Under the pieces are notes generated by a model that saw nothing but the letters and a program-made list of their open reading frames with translations, did not search any database and was not told the origin of the DNA. This document shows positions 60,527 to 64,000 of a DNA stretch of 64,000 bases, in pieces. The position numbers and the translations under genes were made by a program. Source of the stretch: an uncultured Acidobacteriota bacterium (GTDB lineage: Bacteria; Acidobacteriota; UBA6911); assembly GCA_963843575.1 (NCBI GenBank), contig CAWJKZ010000025.1, positions 282,319 to 346,318 on the forward strand, given 5' to 3'. Every line of letters starts with the position of its first letter. The first letter of the stretch is position 1.

Positions 60527-61761
60527 GGGAGGATTCTGACCTCCGGGATGGGGACGATAAAGCGTCCGCCCCATGCGCGGATGAACGCAAGCTGGTGCAT
60601 GATCTCGTCGCGGATGTTCCAGGGGAGGATCAGAACGTAGTCGGGCCGGGTCTCCGCGATCCGTTCGGGATGCAGAATGGGGATGTGCGTCCCGGGCAGG
60701 AATTTGCCCTGCTTGTATGTGCTTCGATCCACGGTGTAGTCGATAAAGTCGCAGCCGATGCCGCAGTAGTTGAGCAGCGTGTTCCCCTTGCCGGGTGCGC
60801 CGTAGCCGGCGATGGACTTACCGTCCCGCTTGATCCCGATGAGGAACTCCAGCAGCTTACGCTTGGTCTCCTTCACCCGGTCGGAGAACGTGAAGTACAT
60901 CCGCAGGTCGGTGACGCCCGCAGCACGTTCCCGCTCCCTCAGGGCGAGGACCCGGTCGCCGACCGGCCTGGCATCGGCGCCCGAGTGGCATCCGTAAATC
61001 CTCAGCGATCCGCCGTGGGTAGGCAGCTCCTCGACATCGAAGAGTATCAGGCCGTGGGCAGAAAAGATCTGTTCCGCCGCGTGGAGAGAGAAATAGGAGA
61101 AGTGCTCGTGATAGATCGTGTCGAACTGCACGTCCTCGATCAGGCGAAAAAGGTGGGGGAACTCTATGGTGATGACGCCGCGCGGCTTGAGGAGGATTTT
61201 CAGGCCTCCGACGAAGTCGTTCAGGTCGGGGACCTGTGCCAGGACGTTGTTGCCGATGATCAGATCGGCGTTCCGGCCCTCGGCGGCGAGTTGGCGCGCC
61301 GACTCGGTCGAGAAGAAGCAGACCCTGGTGGGGACATTCTTCTGTTCGGCTGCTTTGGCGACGTTCGCGGCCGGCTCCACCCCGAGCACGGGGATTCCCC
61401 GGGCCACGAAATGCTGCAGCAGGTAGCCGTCGTTGCTGGCCACCTCGACCACATAGCTGGAGGCCGTCAGGCCAAGTCGTTCCGTGATTGCCTCGGTGTA
61501 CCTGCGGGCGTGTTCAACCCAGCTGTCGGAGTAAGACGAAAAATACGCGTACTCTGTGAAGATGTGTTCGGGCGCGACATATTGGGGCAGCTGCACGAGG
61601 AAGCAGCTCCCGCACACATAGACGTGCAGCGGGTAAAACGGCTCCATCTGGTTGAGCTGCTCGCGCGCTACGTAGCTTTCGCACAGCGGAGACATGCCCA
61701 GATTGACGAATGTGTGGTCGAGCTCTGCCGAACAAAACAGGCAGCGGTTCTTGTGATCCAA
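60523..61761 (-). CDS. NDP-hexose C-methyltransferase (Zn-binding N-terminus, Methyltransf_14 C-terminus)
   Basis: CLFC...CGSC, EVASNDG, YHEHFSY, THGGS, YGAPGKG, LPWN; TTG start after AAAGGAG. Confidence 0.88.
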   Translation of the reverse strand: MDHKNRCLFCSAELDHTFVNLGMSPLCESYVAREQLNQMEPFYPLHVYVCGSCFLVQLPQYVAPEHIFTEYAYFSSYSDSWVEHARRYTEAITERLGLTASSYVVEVASNDGYLLQHFVARGIPVLGVEPAANVAKAAEQKNVPTRVCFFSTESARQLAAEGRNADLIIGNNVLAQVPDLNDFVGGLKILLKPRGVITIEFPHLFRLIEDVQFDTIYHEHFSYFSLHAAEQIFSAHGLILFDVEELPTHGGSLRIYGCHSGADARPVGDRVLALRERERAAGVTDLRMYFTFSDRVKETKRKLLEFLIGIKRDGKSIAGYGAPGKGNTLLNYCGIGCDFIDYTVDRSTYKQGKFLPGTHIPILHPERIAETRPDYVLILPWNIRDEIMHQLAFIRAWGGRFIVPIPEVRILP

Positions 61762-61885
61762 GGATATCGCTCCTTTGGGATTTGCGGATACCAGACAGCT
61801 CCGCCCTTCGCCCAGGTATCGGGTGACCGGCTTTTCCACCGGATTCCCCTCGAGTCATCCCCGGCCAGCAGCCGGAAGCCAAGAA

Positions 61886-62197
61886 TCAGACGGGTCTGTG
61901 TCTCGTGAACTCGACTCCGATGCCAAAACTGCCGTCGGGAAGGGGTTCTACGCGCTTCACAACCCCCCTGAGGGCAAACACCGGCGCCGGGACAGTCTTT
62001 TCCGGTGCGGGAGCAAGCCGCAACAAGGCAAAAAGCCTCGCTCCGCAATGGACAAACTGCCCGATGCGCACGAAGAGACCCTTCGCACTCAGATTGTCGA
62101 CGACAGTTTCGGTGCGGAATCTCTGGCCGCGTTCATCGAGGACGCGCACCGTCACAGGGAAAGCCTCGCATATTCGTGGGCTTAGGCGACGTTCCAC
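61886..62197 (-). CDS. Stand-alone PilZ domain protein
   Basis: RRLSPR (RxxxR) and NLSAKG (D/NxSxxG) c-di-GMP motifs; GVEF terminus. Confidence 0.8.
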   Translation of the reverse strand: MERRLSPRICEAFPVTVRVLDERGQRFRTETVVDNLSAKGLFVRIGQFVHCGARLFALLRLAPAPEKTVPAPVFALRGVVKRVEPLPDGSFGIGVEFTRHRPV

Positions 62198-62624
62198 CGC
62201 GCGGTTCCTTTATTCTGCCACCGAGAAACGAGACAAGGATCCGGAGTTACCCCCTCCTGCCGGGAGTGACGCGAAGGGCGAGACCTGGGATCTCTGGTCA
62301 TAGTGGCTTTATGGCAAGCTACCGCCGTTTAACTCCCATGTTCCATTTCGCACACCTGGACCGGGAGAATGACCTCTTTCTTCTGAAGCTCTCTGATTCC
62401 CAAGCCCCGCAGCACTGATCCCCTGCCGAACGCGGGATCCGGAGCGGCACCGGGGGGATGGTTGCGTGTTAGACAGGCAGGATCTTACTCCGTACCGGAG
62501 CGTAGCGCATCGGAAGGCAGAGCCATTTTATCAGGCCCTATTCAACAATTTTTGGCAGTACCCCTCTGGGAGTCTGCGTCGGGGCGAGATGGGAGGATTG
62601 TGCCACCCGGGTGGCTCACACCCC

Positions 62625-62834
62625 CAAGTGGGTCCGGGCTTCAGCCCGGATGCCTTTTGATCTGAGTTACATAGCGACGGGCGTTGTATGGCGATCGCAC
62701 AGAGCGTCCGGGCCGAACGCAAAACAAGTGGGTCCGGGCTTCAGCCCGGACGTCTTTTGATCTGCACTGTTTAGCAACAGTTTCACTCAATAGCGACTGC
62801 AAACTGCGTCCGGGCTGAAGCCCGGACCCACTTG
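62625..62834. repeat. Two tandem REPIN family A copies (first degenerate)
   Basis: 62625-62718 and 62725-62834. Confidence 0.85.
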
Positions 62835-62835
62835 T

Positions 62836-63900
62836 TCAGCCGAGGCGACGGAAGATCTCGTCCATGACTCTCGAGGTCCACAGGATTTCCCGGTACTCGA
62901 TCGGCGGCGGCCCACCCGCTGTGATGCTCTGATAGAAAAGGCCAATCAGGGTCTTCAGGCCGGCATTCCAGTGCAGCTCCGAGCGGAAGAACCGTGACAG
63001 GTTGGTGAAGCCGTTCGCCATGTACTGCCGCGAGGTCGAGAATGGCGGGAGCAGGCGGTTCAGATAGCTCTTCGGGGCGCTCCCGTTGAGCACGATGAGG
63101 GTCTGCCGCTCACAGTCGACCACGAGCGAGTTTTTCGGGCCGTAGACCCTCAATTCGTGCAGCTTGGGCCGTATCTGGGAGGAGAAGGTGAGGTACGCCG
63201 ACGTCGCGCCGCCCCAGATGATGACGCGCAACTCGTCGACAAGGTGGGAAAACCCCGCGTCGCTCACCTGTTTGCTGGGCCTGCCGATTACTTCGATCGC
63301 GGGAGTCTCGTCGTGCATGAATTCGGCTATCTTGCACAAAGCGTGACTGATCACGTTCTGCAGCAGCCCGCCGGGCAAGCTGTGCACCCAGTGGTTGCGG
63401 CTGGACAGCAGGGCTTTGCCGAACTCGCCTCCCAGGTCGTAGCCGTAGAGGCTCTCGACGTGCACGGGCGCGCCGCCGAGGGCGTTGGAAGCGATCAGCG
63501 TTCTCATCCTGACGGCTGCCGGATCGAACTGATAGTTGTGGCCCACCGTCACGCGCAGGGCACGCCCCTGCGCGGCGTCGATGACGATCCCGGCCTCGGC
63601 CGCTGTGACGGTAAAGGGTTTCTCCACATACACATGACACCCGCTCTCCAGACACTTCATGGCCAGCGGGAAGTGACTCTGGGGAGGCGTCGTGATGTGA
63701 ACGACATCGGGGTGGCAGCCGCTTATCAGCTCGTCGACGCCCCCGCAGGCAAACGGGATGTCATACCGTTCGCACAGCTGCGCCGCCATGAGGGACTGGC
63801 GGTCGCATGCCCCGACGATGCTGCAGCCCGGAAGCTGTTGAATGGACCAGACGTGTTCGTCGGCGATCTTGCCGCAACCGACAATCGCGATTCTAAGCAT
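62836..63900 (-). CDS. Gfo/Idh/MocA family oxidoreductase
   Basis: IVGCGKIA, HITTPP..H, HVYVEKP. Confidence 0.9.
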   Translation of the reverse strand: MLRIAIVGCGKIADEHVWSIQQLPGCSIVGACDRQSLMAAQLCERYDIPFACGGVDELISGCHPDVVHITTPPQSHFPLAMKCLESGCHVYVEKPFTVTAAEAGIVIDAAQGRALRVTVGHNYQFDPAAVRMRTLIASNALGGAPVHVESLYGYDLGGEFGKALLSSRNHWVHSLPGGLLQNVISHALCKIAEFMHDETPAIEVIGRPSKQVSDAGFSHLVDELRVIIWGGATSAYLTFSSQIRPKLHELRVYGPKNSLVVDCERQTLIVLNGSAPKSYLNRLLPPFSTSRQYMANGFTNLSRFFRSELHWNAGLKTLIGLFYQSITAGGPPPIEYREILWTSRVMDEIFRRLG

Positions 63901-64000
63901 GGGTGTTCGCTGCCTCGCGGAGAAATGCGAAGTGACGCTCCATTCCTGTCCGGGTCGGCACCCTCGGGGCCCATCCCAGGAGGTCCTTGAGCTTGCGGTT

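Noticed and set aside
61970-62030. c-di-GMP-I riboswitch-like GGCAAAC...GCAAGCC
   Set aside because: Antisense within the PilZ CDS and lacks the GAAA tetraloop/GACGCAAAGC pattern.
8449-62834. CRISPR arrays
   Set aside because: Repeats are dispersed palindromes without regular unique spacers; no cas genes.

Overview
High-GC bacterial chromosomal segment, most consistent with Acidobacteriota (inferred from an Oar-like TonB-dependent receptor, many twin-arginine-leader hydrolases and repeated C-terminal beta-sandwich modules). 1-39.6 kb holds carbohydrate-utilisation and scavenging genes (GH43, RpiB, LacI, TBDR, GH5-like, MFS, GH116, sulfatase, amidohydrolases), several gene relics and dense intergenic REP/REPIN-like repeats of at least five families. 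39.7-63.9 kb is a co-oriented minus-strand surface-glycan locus: sugar C-methyltransferase, RfbC, RfbF, PIG-L, carbamoyltransferase with SxtJ/SxtK-like genes, CapD-like dehydratase, a giant DUF11 adhesin, its own carAB, a sugar transferase and DegT. Three signals stand out. (1) A probably leaderless Cys-rich 26-aa leader peptide plus intrinsic terminator lies directly upstream of a clade-D beta-carbonic anhydrase, suggesting a cysteine-sensing attenuator that controls a putative COS/CS2 sulfur-scavenging enzyme. (2) A DedA-rhodanese gene has an in-frame TGA at a conserved Cys position followed by a SECIS-like hairpin, i.e. a hidden selenoprotein. (3) carAB is translationally coupled inside a carbamoylated-glycan locus. 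Several frameshifts are probably consensus errors. All family assignments are from motif recognition by eye; no database searches were run.
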